IMG/VR virus record: IMGVR_UViG_3300035522_000179
Location: 32,001 to 96,000 of that record
Reading direction: 5' to 3' (one strand)
Length of the DNA: 64,000 nucleotides
DNA from: a virus
Lineage: Duplodnaviria > Caudoviricetes
Part shown: positions 7,148 to 15,601 of the stretch, one piece after another
Numbering within the stretch: the stretch's first letter is position 1
Layout: the number at the start of each line of letters is the position of its first letter
The notes under the pieces: generated by a model
What the model was told of the DNA's origin: nothing
Seen by the model: the letters and a program-made list of their open reading frames with translations, nothing else
Databases searched by the model: none
Made by a program: the position numbers and the translations under genes

Positions 7148-9610
7148 TTATAATAATTCAGACATCTCTCGTTCAATTACTTCTAACACATCGATATCTT
7201 CAAATGTCGATTCCACTACGGGTCTCTCTTCCACTTTGGGATTTAAAATAGAATCTACAAAGTCATTAATTGCCGATTCCATTTTTTGATCTTCATCTGT
7301 TTCTTTGCTTTCTTTCAGATGTTCTACCCAGTCTTTCAGCGCGCCCATATAGCGTTTCTTCCATTTTTCAAATGCTTCATTCGGCGTTCCATCTTTTTCG
7401 TTGTAAGTATATGCTCTTACATAAATTCCAGTTGTATCGGAGTTTTTATTCAAATACCATCCTTCTGGAATCGTATCAAACTTATACTTCTTATCAAAGG
7501 TCAGTCGTGCAGTAGTGTAAATCTTTCCATGGTATACACCATCTCGATAACCATCTTCTTTAATTCTAGATCTATTATGTCCAGAGCAAGAATACTTCAC
7601 TGTATATCCAAGCTTATTCAAAAGATTTACGATGGGTTTAATATCCTCATCGATCTCATCTTCATCACTTTCTGTGACAACCAGTTCCTTATCAAAGTCA
7701 ATCTGATTCAAAACCTTCTCACAGATTTTTTCTGTTTCATTCTGAGAAACCAAATCGGTTGCAAATCGGTTCACTCTTTCTGTAAACTTGATATCATCCA
7801 GTTTGGTGTCAAACACAGATTCAAATACGTTATAGCAAGAATCAAACAAATTCGTACTAGGAGATTCATTGATCAGATCAACCATGTAATCAAACACATT
7901 ATCTGTATCAACACAAGCCTCTTCACAAACAGAATTGATCATAAACACCAATTCTTCTTTTCGGTTTTCAACGGATTCAGAGATGGTGTTGTAATTGCAA
8001 TCCTTTGCTTTCTTCATAAGAGAAAGTTTTTTATCACTCACCTCTTCAAAGGAATTTTCATAGTACGGATGATTCTCATTAAGAGTTCCATTATACGTGT
8101 CATTTACCCACTCGTTAATAATGATACTCTCCTTTCTAAAGTTCTTAACAGATTCCAAGACATCTTTTTCAGATTTCCTTTCTTCTCTTTCTTTCTTTTT
8201 CGCAGCTTCCTCTTTCTTTGCTCTCTTAACCTCTTTATAGTTTTCGATTGCATGATCAAAGGCGTTTTCTGCTTTATCTCGGTTTGCATCGTAGTTCGGA
8301 TCATCTTCCGGATCTTTTTCCAGAATCTTCTTTAACTTTCTTGCAGCGTCGCGAACATCGGATGCATCTGATTTCAATCCTAATTCTACCTTGTCTTCAA
8401 TTGCAGATTCTTTTACTGCACCTTGAATTTCATAAGAAATATCAACTCCAGTATTTACAGAACTAAATTCGCAGGTAATCAACATCTCTTTTATGCGTTT
8501 TATATAATGAGTGATCTGTCCATTTTCTTTTACTGGACTAAATCCACAAGAAGTGATGGTTTTCCGAATCATATTAGGATCTGCTTTATCGTTTGAAAAA
8601 GAAAATCCATATTTATTCTTTTTCGTGTTCAGACAAGATTTAAAACTAGTTGCATCATCTCCAGGATTAGAAAGTTTTAAATCTTTCTTCAACTTATCAA
8701 ACAGCTTTCTTGCTTCGGTATCAAAGGTGGGATTGTTTTTAAATACTGCAGCAGCTTCCGTAGTAACAAAGAGATTATTTGAACGGAACCATTGACCAGT
8801 ATATCCCAAAACGGATTCCAAAGAGTTAAACCTAGGAATCATTCTATCCTCTTCTCTTACCACATCCTCTGTTAAATCGTCTTCATTGGAATTAATTTCT
8901 GCATCTGTACTAGAAACCATATCCTTCACAGATACTCCGGAAAGATCTTTCGATAACACATTTCCAGTGAGAGGAATTACAGGAGCCATTGCACCAACAG
9001 ATTCATCGTCATTAAACAAAGACTGTGTAAATCCAGTGAGTACTGATGCATCCTCTAAAGTGATTGCGCCAGTAAGTGCTTTGCTACAGATTACTTTTTC
9101 GTATAAGTAATCTCTACTTACCCTTTCATCCGGAAAAGCACGGTAAAGATTTCTTGTAAGATCATCAAATCCATCCTCTCCAGCAGACTCGATGTATTTT
9201 GCAAGTTCATCTCTTTTCTCATCTGCTACAAGACTTGCCATCTTTCCTACCGTAGAATCGTTTTCCCAGGTAGATTCCAAAGTATAATCTTCATAAAAAG
9301 AATCTCCTTCCCTTCTTTTGATGATCTCTTTGAAAGGAAGAACTGCTTCTCCAAAGAATAAATTATTTACAGTTGGAATCTCATCTCCAAGCTCGGAAAC
9401 ATCCAATCCTCTTTCTACCAATGCTTCTTCATCTGCTCTTACAATATCAATCATTGCAAGGGCTTCGGATTCCGTAAGAAATCCAAAATTATAGTTGTCA
9501 TTAATTGCATCTAAAATTTTAATATCTTCTGCGACTTTCGCTTCCATGTAACGAGAAGTAAAAGGAATATCAAAAGTTGCAGGAATAGGTCGCATGTCAA
9601 AATTACTCAT
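7148..9610 (-). CDS. Large acidic putative inner-head protein with many x-x-E|S sites and a Tyw3-like (SCSGH) domain
   Basis: MSNFD start; repeated TLES/VKES/VLES/VTES/KMES; IDEDIKPIVNLLNKLGYTVKYSCSGH; late motif at 9636-9647. Confidence 0.6.
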   Translation of the reverse strand: MSNFDMRPIPATFDIPFTSRYMEAKVAEDIKILDAINDNYNFGFLTESEALAMIDIVRADEEALVERGLDVSELGDEIPTVNNLFFGEAVLPFKEIIKRREGDSFYEDYTLESTWENDSTVGKMASLVADEKRDELAKYIESAGEDGFDDLTRNLYRAFPDERVSRDYLYEKVICSKALTGAITLEDASVLTGFTQSLFNDDESVGAMAPVIPLTGNVLSKDLSGVSVKDMVSSTDAEINSNEDDLTEDVVREEDRMIPRFNSLESVLGYTGQWFRSNNLFVTTEAAAVFKNNPTFDTEARKLFDKLKKDLKLSNPGDDATSFKSCLNTKKNKYGFSFSNDKADPNMIRKTITSCGFSPVKENGQITHYIKRIKEMLITCEFSSVNTGVDISYEIQGAVKESAIEDKVELGLKSDASDVRDAARKLKKILEKDPEDDPNYDANRDKAENAFDHAIENYKEVKRAKKEEAAKKKEREERKSEKDVLESVKNFRKESIIINEWVNDTYNGTLNENHPYYENSFEEVSDKKLSLMKKAKDCNYNTISESVENRKEELVFMINSVCEEACVDTDNVFDYMVDLINESPSTNLFDSCYNVFESVFDTKLDDIKFTERVNRFATDLVSQNETEKICEKVLNQIDFDKELVVTESDEDEIDEDIKPIVNLLNKLGYTVKYSCSGHNRSRIKEDGYRDGVYHGKIYTTARLTFDKKYKFDTIPEGWYLNKNSDTTGIYVRAYTYNEKDGTPNEAFEKWKKRYMGALKDWVEHLKESKETDEDQKMESAINDFVDSILNPKVEERPVVESTFEDIDVLEVIEREMSELL

Positions 9611-9677
9611 TTTTTCCACCAACTTTCCATAGAATTATCAGATTGTTTTTGCATCTAAGGCAAACTAACATTAAAAT

Positions 9678-9792
9678 AATGAAAATACCAAATAGACGTA
9701 AAATGCTTGTTTAAGTTTCTGATTTGTTTTAATCTCCCATTGTTTTTTGAATAAGGAAGACACTCTGTATGTAGTGTCTTCCTTATTCTTTT
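9678..9792 (+). ncRNA. Candidate ~110-nt late small RNA
   Basis: AACA-N6-TA at 9667-9678, 16-bp terminator stem at 9749-9788, no credible ORF between. Confidence 0.35.
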
Positions 9793-9839
9793 CGTTAAAT
9801 TTACACTGGGAAACAATTTTTTAAAGAGGTGAAGATAAT

Positions 9840-10199
9840 ATGATTACAAATACATCAAATATCTTTGAATTTAAAACAAAAGAAACAGGATATATTGCAA
9901 AAGCTTGTGCTGCGCCAGAAGCAGGAGAGAAAAGAGAAATTTATATTCCAAGACTTATGCCGAATATAAAATCAGGAACCCCAAAAACATCCACTCTATC
10001 TTCTAGAGGAAATTTGGTGTTTAAAAACGCACCCGCTTGTAAAGTTCAAGCAGCAACCGTTTTGAAATCCCAAAACTATATCATGGTTCCTTATGAGAAA
10101 AATAAAACATGGGATGATCCAGAAATTAAGAGTATGACCCAAATTACTTGCAATTGCAAAAATAACACCATTGCTGGAATCACATTCTCAAATGATTAG
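9840..10199 (+). CDS. Hypothetical virion/baseplate-associated protein
   Basis: GAGGTG RBS, late motif at 9812-9823, adjacent to gp53-like gene. Confidence 0.55.
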   Translation: MITNTSNIFEFKTKETGYIAKACAAPEAGEKREIYIPRLMPNIKSGTPKTSTLSSRGNLVFKNAPACKVQAATVLKSQNYIMVPYEKNKTWDDPEIKSMTQITCNCKNNTIAGITFSND

Positions 10200-10210
10200 A
10201 GGAGTAAACT

Positions 10211-10630
10211 ATGAGTACACAAAATAGTAGTACACTGGAAACCCAGGTATATAATGAATTGAAAAATGATTTGATTTATAGGGATTTAAATTCTACGCTT
10301 GAAATATTAGATCGAGAGAGCAATGAAAAGATTGTAATACCTTATATTTCTACGGTATCAAAATATATGGATTTTTTAAAATCAATTATATTAGAAGTGG
10401 AATTGACAGATATTCAATATGAGAGATATCGGCAAAATCCTCATGCGGTATCGGAAGCATTGTATGGAACAACGCAGTATTGGGATATCTTACTGAAACT
10501 AAACAACTGTGTTAGTAGATTTGAGTTCAACAAAAAGAAAATCAAATACTACGACCCATTAGAATTAGTGACGTATTTGAATGAGTTAGTGATAAAAGAA
10601 GACGAACTTGCAAATACAAGTTCGTACTAA
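10211..10630 (+). CDS. Baseplate wedge protein, T4 gp53/LysM-like
   Basis: YRQNPHAVSEALYGTTQYWDILLKLNN signature. Confidence 0.7.
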   Translation: MSTQNSSTLETQVYNELKNDLIYRDLNSTLEILDRESNEKIVIPYISTVSKYMDFLKSIILEVELTDIQYERYRQNPHAVSEALYGTTQYWDILLKLNNCVSRFEFNKKKIKYYDPLELVTYLNELVIKEDELANTSSY

Positions 10631-10654
10631 TTTTTATAATTTACCCCCCCCCCC

Positions 10655-10698
10655 CCTGTATAAAACAATAATACTAAAGTATTATTGTTTTATACAGG
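10655..10698 (+). repeat. 44-bp palindrome, copy 3 (AA core)
   Basis: Identical to 1691..1734. Confidence 0.97.
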
Positions 10699-10728
10699 TT
10701 GACTCATTCTTATTCTAAAAAGGAGAAA

Positions 10729-11556
10729 ATGAATATGGATAAATTTACAGAGTTATATTGCGCAGTAGAATCGGTTAATGAAGATAATTATTACGTAGAA
10801 AAAATGTCTGCAGACGCTAGTTCGAAACTTAAAAAAGCTGCAGCAATAGCAGGTGTTGGAGTACTTGTTTCTGGTATTGTTGGACTTGTTGCTACAGATA
10901 GTAAGAGGACAGAATATGGATATAATAAAAATCCTGAGATGAAAGTTCTTCGAGATCAAATTCTCAAGAGAGAAAAAGAACTCAAAAAAGCAGTAACTAA
11001 CCTTGAACAACAAACAAAAAGGGTGGAAGCAATTGCACAAAGTTACAATACAATTGCAAACCAAATTGGAAAAGTTACTATTACATTGGAGGAAAACTCC
11101 AATGCAGGGTTAAGCATTAAAGAAGAGAATAAAATTGGATTTATTAGGGGAAAGAGTTCCGAAAAGGAAAATCCGAATTATTCTACGAAAATCTATATGG
11201 ATGCTTCTAAAAAAAGAGAAATCTTAAATATGGAAGTTGAAAAATACAATGTGCTAGTTAAAGAAGTAAACGATATTTATAAAGATTTACAGAAGTTGCT
11301 CAAAAAATTCAATAGCGCTGTGAAGATGTTGAAAGTGTCACCTAAAGTACAGGCAAAACTTACTGAAGAATTGAGTAAGATTGAAGAAAGATATAGTGAC
11401 GCTTTAACCGATATTAATGAAAGAAATGCCCAGTTTTCTAAATTTGTGAGAGAATCGGAAGAAGATACAAATGCAAAACTTTTTGTCCATGAGTCTTATC
11501 GATGTGGTGATATTACAGAAGAGGAAAGGGACATTCTTCTGGATCTTATGGACTAA
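10729..11556 (+). CDS. Tagged-family protein type B
   Basis: Paralog of 5613..6464; ends HESYRCGDITEEERDILLDLMD. Confidence 0.8.
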   Translation: MNMDKFTELYCAVESVNEDNYYVEKMSADASSKLKKAAAIAGVGVLVSGIVGLVATDSKRTEYGYNKNPEMKVLRDQILKREKELKKAVTNLEQQTKRVEAIAQSYNTIANQIGKVTITLEENSNAGLSIKEENKIGFIRGKSSEKENPNYSTKIYMDASKKREILNMEVEKYNVLVKEVNDIYKDLQKLLKKFNSAVKMLKVSPKVQAKLTEELSKIEERYSDALTDINERNAQFSKFVRESEEDTNAKLFVHESYRCGDITEEERDILLDLMD

Positions 11557-11619
11557 TAAAACAATAAATGACCATGAACTTATCGATTATGATAAGTTCA
11601 TGGTCATATTTTTATTACA

Positions 11620-12138
11620 TTAAATCATTTCCAAGAGAATATCTCTTTCTTCTTCACTGATTTCTCCATACCTACAGGATTCATAAATCTCCAAACGAAG
11701 ATCATCCACAGATTCTTTGATTCCTTTGAGTTCTTTCTGTTGGTCTAAATATCTGCCTGCTTTGTATCGTTCTTCCGGAGATTTTCCAACATCACCATGC
11801 TTTTTCATCCAATTTTTTTTAACACATTTAAAAGCAAATCTATCTCCGTAAGGTTCATCGTCATTTTTAAATCCATGTCTACTGTAATCTTTCAAACTAC
11901 TCATTCCGTCAACACTGTCATTATATCTACCTACTGCATGGGATCCTTTTTCAAAATGATCTTCAGCTTTCTTTCGTAATTCTTTTTTATATTCAGGGTC
12001 ATCTGCGTTATTAGCTAGTCTATTAAGTAATATATGCTTTTTTACATCCTTTTTATATTCATCCTGTAATTTATTTGCATATTTATTATATGCATTTGCT
12101 TCCATCACGACATCATACAATTCATCAAAATTAGCCAT
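11620..12138 (-). CDS. Tagged-family protein type A
   Basis: 5' DNA identical to gene 1166; a 58-bp 3' block is identical to gene 2712. Confidence 0.8.
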   Translation of the reverse strand: MANFDELYDVVMEANAYNKYANKLQDEYKKDVKKHILLNRLANNADDPEYKKELRKKAEDHFEKGSHAVGRYNDSVDGMSSLKDYSRHGFKNDDEPYGDRFAFKCVKKNWMKKHGDVGKSPEERYKAGRYLDQQKELKGIKESVDDLRLEIYESCRYGEISEEERDILLEMI

Positions 12139-12186
12139 AATTATTTCCCTCTCTTTTTACAGATTTTATTGGTCTACATTTCTGTA

Positions 12187-12230
12187 CCTGTATAAAACAA
12201 TAATACTAAAGTATTATTGTTTTATACAGG
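12187..12230 (+). repeat. 44-bp palindrome, copy 4 (AA core)
   Basis: Identical to 1691..1734. Confidence 0.97.
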
Positions 12231-12319
12231 GGGGGGGTAAATTATAAAAAACTTCAAAAAAAATAAGCTAAGAGATGTATGTTGCATCTCTTAGCTTATT
12301 TTCTATTCCTTGCTTTGTA

Positions 12320-12454
12320 CTACTTGTTCTCTTCATACCATTCCCGGTATTCATCCTCGGTTGAGAATAACTGATACGCATCGAACCCTTTTTCATCTTT
12401 CCCAATAAAGCCTTCACAACCATTTGATACAAGATAAAATTTGTACTCTAACAT
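12320..12454 (-). CDS. 44-aa early protein (MLEYKFYLVSNGCEGF...STEDEYREWYEENK), not in the ORF track
   Basis: AAGGAG RBS, early motif at 12594-12611, hairpin terminator near 12262-12302. Confidence 0.65.
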   Translation of the reverse strand: MLEYKFYLVSNGCEGFIGKDEKGFDAYQLFSTEDEYREWYEENK

Positions 12455-12707
12455 ATTTTTCTCCTTTCCTTTGGTGGCTTAAAACAGTTTATTAATTTCA
12501 TGTTTTGAGACATTTGAAAATAGTGATAAATAGTGCAAAGAACTTTTATAATTGAGTATGTATACATTTATACATACTCAATTATCTGTGTATTTCATGC
12601 AAATAATATATGAATCAATTTTCCTTGTTTTCAATTTATTTTTATATACTAAAATACACTTCATTAATCACAAGAAACTGATAAAATGAAGAAAGGATGG
12701 TATTAAC

Positions 12708-13079
12708 ATGAGTTTAATATCAGCAGAACGATTACATAGATGGAAATGTGTCTATTGTGGATCAAAGGATAAAAACATTGTGAATATACTTGCTCCGCTT
12801 GCGGAAGGAGAAGAAAATCTTGTAGGATCGACTGGTGAAGTAAATGGAAATAAGTTGGGTTCTGCTATGAAGATTGTGACCTGTTCTCAGTGCGGACATA
12901 CGGATATTTTTTCACATTCCGCTCTTATGGCAGGGCATATTCTTAGGAATGAAAAAATTCCAACATTTACGGAATCGGAAAACTATGTCAAAAAATTCCA
13001 TGATAAAAATCACAACGATCCTCTTAGAAATCCACACAATGAACACCCATCAACGACAACACCTAAAAATACCATTTAA
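12708..13079 (+). CDS. Zinc-ribbon protein
   Basis: CVYC...CSQC pairs. Confidence 0.6.
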   Translation: MSLISAERLHRWKCVYCGSKDKNIVNILAPLAEGEENLVGSTGEVNGNKLGSAMKIVTCSQCGHTDIFSHSALMAGHILRNEKIPTFTESENYVKKFHDKNHNDPLRNPHNEHPSTTTPKNTI

Positions 13080-13136
13080 CAAGGAAGGAAGAATACTCAG
13101 TTAAATTACAAAATAAGAAAAGGACGGTAAACTAAC

Positions 13137-13904
13137 TTGAGTATTAATTTTATGAATGATGAGGAAAAATATGAATCTAGTTCCTTTCTCTCTAAGGTAC
13201 CTGTGTCGTTATTAAAAGAAAACATTACAACGCAATTTAAAGATCCTGAGAATTTTCGAATTGATTATGTATCGTCATTTATTGATTCTTTTAATTATTC
13301 GATCGGATCGATTGAAGATTCCGATGAGGAAGAAGAATTGCTTACCTTACATGATGATTTCATAGAGTTTATGGAATCCATGATCTATGAAAAATTAGGA
13401 GTAGGAATTGAAGGATTAGAAGAACTCAGTAGACAAGATCAGGAAGATTTGATTTTGTTTACCTATCGATTCTTTATCATCAATATCCGAAAGAACTTCT
13501 TTAACCTGTTCTTTAATTATATCAAAGAGCACAAAGAAGAATTACTTGCAAATGCAAAACGCTATAAGGATGTCACTAGTCAGGCGTTTAAAAAAGAGAT
13601 TAGTGAGGAAGACACTACAATCCTTGCAAACTTGTCAGAGTTTATGGATTGCGCTATACAGGATGATCGATTAACGATTGATGATTTTTTCCGTTATTGT
13701 GAGGGAGATAAGTCGTGTGTAGAAACGATGTTTGTAACAAAGGCATTTGATGATTTTACGTTAACAGGAAACTTTATTAAGACCTATGCAAAATTAGTAA
13801 GACCTACTATGCGAATTCGTATTGAAGCGGAAATTCGAAATAATATCTTGAAAAAATACCGAGAAGCGGCTCCAGAACTTTCGGAGTATCAATTAGAAGA
13901 TTAA
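13137..13904 (+). CDS. Hypothetical protein
   Basis: 255-aa ORF with AAGGA RBS. Confidence 0.65.
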   Translation: MSINFMNDEEKYESSSFLSKVPVSLLKENITTQFKDPENFRIDYVSSFIDSFNYSIGSIEDSDEEEELLTLHDDFIEFMESMIYEKLGVGIEGLEELSRQDQEDLILFTYRFFIINIRKNFFNLFFNYIKEHKEELLANAKRYKDVTSQAFKKEISEEDTTILANLSEFMDCAIQDDRLTIDDFFRYCEGDKSCVETMFVTKAFDDFTLTGNFIKTYAKLVRPTMRIRIEAEIRNNILKKYREAAPELSEYQLED

Positions 13905-13926
13905 CAAGCAAAAAAGAAAAATAAAC

Positions 13927-13944
13927 ATATACTATTTTCGTGAA
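13927..13944 (+). promoter_or_regulatory. Early promoter motif ATATAYYAT-N5-TGAA (representative; 11 copies listed in findings)
   Basis: ATATACTAT-TTTCG-TGAA; recurs upstream of non-structural genes. Confidence 0.7.
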
Positions 13945-13972
13945 TAATTAATAGAAAGGTGGATTTAAGTTT

Positions 13973-14779
13973 ATGTGGGGAACAAATCAAAACCGTATGA
14001 ACAACAGCCAAGACACAAACGTAAACACAATACTGCGTACATCATCATCGGATACTTCATCCTTAACGATTTCTTTATGGAATCAGAATATCAGTTTGAA
14101 GATTCGTCCCGCCGTTGGTGTGGATGGAAATGGAATTACCCAATATGATAAGGGTAGATCTGGAAATACTGCTCTGACACAAGAAGCAGCAGCTTCCTTG
14201 TTTGAAGAGTTTAAGAATGTTATTCTTCCGGTTTACAACAAGGTCGTTTTGGAAGGGGAACCCTGCCCGGAGAACCTTGGAATTGTTGTAGAGACGGGAA
14301 GAGATGCAAAGAGGAATTTGGTTGGTATTGAGATGAGACCTTCCAAAGATGAAAGAGATACAACACCGGATATGTATTTCGTTCTTTATGGAATGGTGGA
14401 TGAGAATGGAACTGCTGTAGAAGCAAACACCTTCCGTCACAAATTCCAAAAGAGACTGGTGAAGGTAGGATATAATCCTATGAATGGTGTTTCCCAAAGA
14501 GAGATTCGTTCCAATTCGGATTTTAATCTCTTTTTGAATATCATTGGAAAGACAGAGTTGCTTCTTCCTTATTCGGAGCACGTATCAAAATATAACAAAG
14601 AAAGATTTAAAGGAACAAGTTCAAATTCTGGATCCTTTGGACAGAGCGGAGGATTTCCGAGTGGCTCTCTTCCTCAGTCTTCTGGAACCAACTTTAGTTC
14701 CAATGGTCCTTCCAGTTATGGAGGATTTGGAGGAGCAAGTAACTTTGGTCTCGACAACGGAGAGATTCCGTTTAATTAA
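13973..14779 (+). CDS. Probable single-stranded DNA-binding protein
   Basis: beta-rich N-domain, G/S-rich linker, acidic tip DNGEIPFN like the SSB DDDIPF tail. Confidence 0.55.
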   Translation: MWGTNQNRMNNSQDTNVNTILRTSSSDTSSLTISLWNQNISLKIRPAVGVDGNGITQYDKGRSGNTALTQEAAASLFEEFKNVILPVYNKVVLEGEPCPENLGIVVETGRDAKRNLVGIEMRPSKDERDTTPDMYFVLYGMVDENGTAVEANTFRHKFQKRLVKVGYNPMNGVSQREIRSNSDFNLFLNIIGKTELLLPYSEHVSKYNKERFKGTSSNSGSFGQSGGFPSGSLPQSSGTNFSSNGPSSYGGFGGASNFGLDNGEIPFN

Positions 14780-14837
14780 AAAGAAAAGGAAGAAGAGTTT
14801 TTATCTTCTTCCTTTTTTTATATTTTGGAGGATAATT

Positions 14838-15542
14838 ATGGTAGATAAAAACGATATTCGATTTTGTTCTTCTGCCACACTGTTTCAAAATTCCACCTGT
14901 GTGTTTGCAGAATATCTAGATTGTGTGCAACTGTCTGGAATGGTTTTATTAGATACCATAAGAAAAAGCACAAAGTTAGAAAAATACCTTGACTTAGAAT
15001 TAATTCGATATTTGGAATTGCCATCTTTATTGGAGTACTATATCAATCGAAAAGATAAAAATCCTTTGGCGGATTTATGGAAAGGAGATAGTGTTCCATA
15101 TGAAGAGTTGGATGAACAGGTAAGAGAATTTTATCGATCAAATGAAATCTTTTTTGATGTACAGTTAACAACCACGGTTCATCCGTTGTTAAAAAACTTA
15201 TTAGCAAATGCTCTTACTAATGATATTCGAATCTATTGTGAAGAACCTTATCCAGGATTAGAAAACGATATAAAAGAAAAATTTGATGGGAAGGCAACCC
15301 TTGTAACAGGAAAGCTGGAAGATGTTTTGCAAACTATTCCTGGAGATACCACTTATTTTTTTGCAGACATTATGAATGTCCTTACCTTGGAGGAAGTCGG
15401 GAAACTGGATTACTCCGCAATTATGATTCCTTCGGATTATGGTTACAACTATGATGACTCCGAAGAAAAGAAGTTTTTAGTAGATATGAATCAGCTAGCA
15501 GAAAAGCATATTTTCAAATGGGGAACCTACAAAACTTGTTGA
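14838..15542 (+). CDS. Hypothetical protein
   Basis: GGAGGA RBS before ATG 14838 (start shortened relative to the track). Confidence 0.65.
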   Translation: MVDKNDIRFCSSATLFQNSTCVFAEYLDCVQLSGMVLLDTIRKSTKLEKYLDLELIRYLELPSLLEYYINRKDKNPLADLWKGDSVPYEELDEQVREFYRSNEIFFDVQLTTTVHPLLKNLLANALTNDIRIYCEEPYPGLENDIKEKFDGKATLVTGKLEDVLQTIPGDTTYFFADIMNVLTLEEVGKLDYSAIMIPSDYGYNYDDSEEKKFLVDMNQLAEKHIFKWGTYKTC

Positions 15543-15601
15543 TTTCTAATGATCTTAAAAACAGAACCTTAACAAATTTCAGTTTTAGAAAGGAAGAACA
15601 A

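Larger units (their letters stand above)
10631..12250. mobile_element. Two-gene cassette bounded by palindromes and outer inverted repeats with C13/G9 tracts
   Basis: TTTTTATAATTTA-C13-palindrome ... palindrome-G9-TAAATTATAAAAA; no transposase and no target-site duplication; mobility is inferred. Confidence 0.5.

Noticed and set aside
7286-8335. 349-aa plus-strand ORF and similar long antisense ORFs (e.g. 53228..54037, 41909..42454)
   Set aside because: Shadow frames of real genes on the opposite strand, with no RBS and with F/I/L/S-rich composition.
1166-12138. Diversity-generating retroelement
   Set aside because: No reverse transcriptase in the window; variation includes indels and lies in the gene middles, while the 3' ends are conserved.
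1691-12230. CRISPR array made of the 44-bp palindromes
   Set aside because: Copies are 1.5-4.8 kb apart and separated by whole genes, not 30-40-nt spacers; no cas genes are present.
10631-12250. Classical IS element or transposon
   Set aside because: Terminal inverted repeats are present, but there is no transposase and no target-site duplication.
14544-14837. Upstream extension of ORF 14544..15542
   Set aside because: It overlaps the SSB-like gene and a hairpin; the GGAGGA RBS supports ATG 14838.
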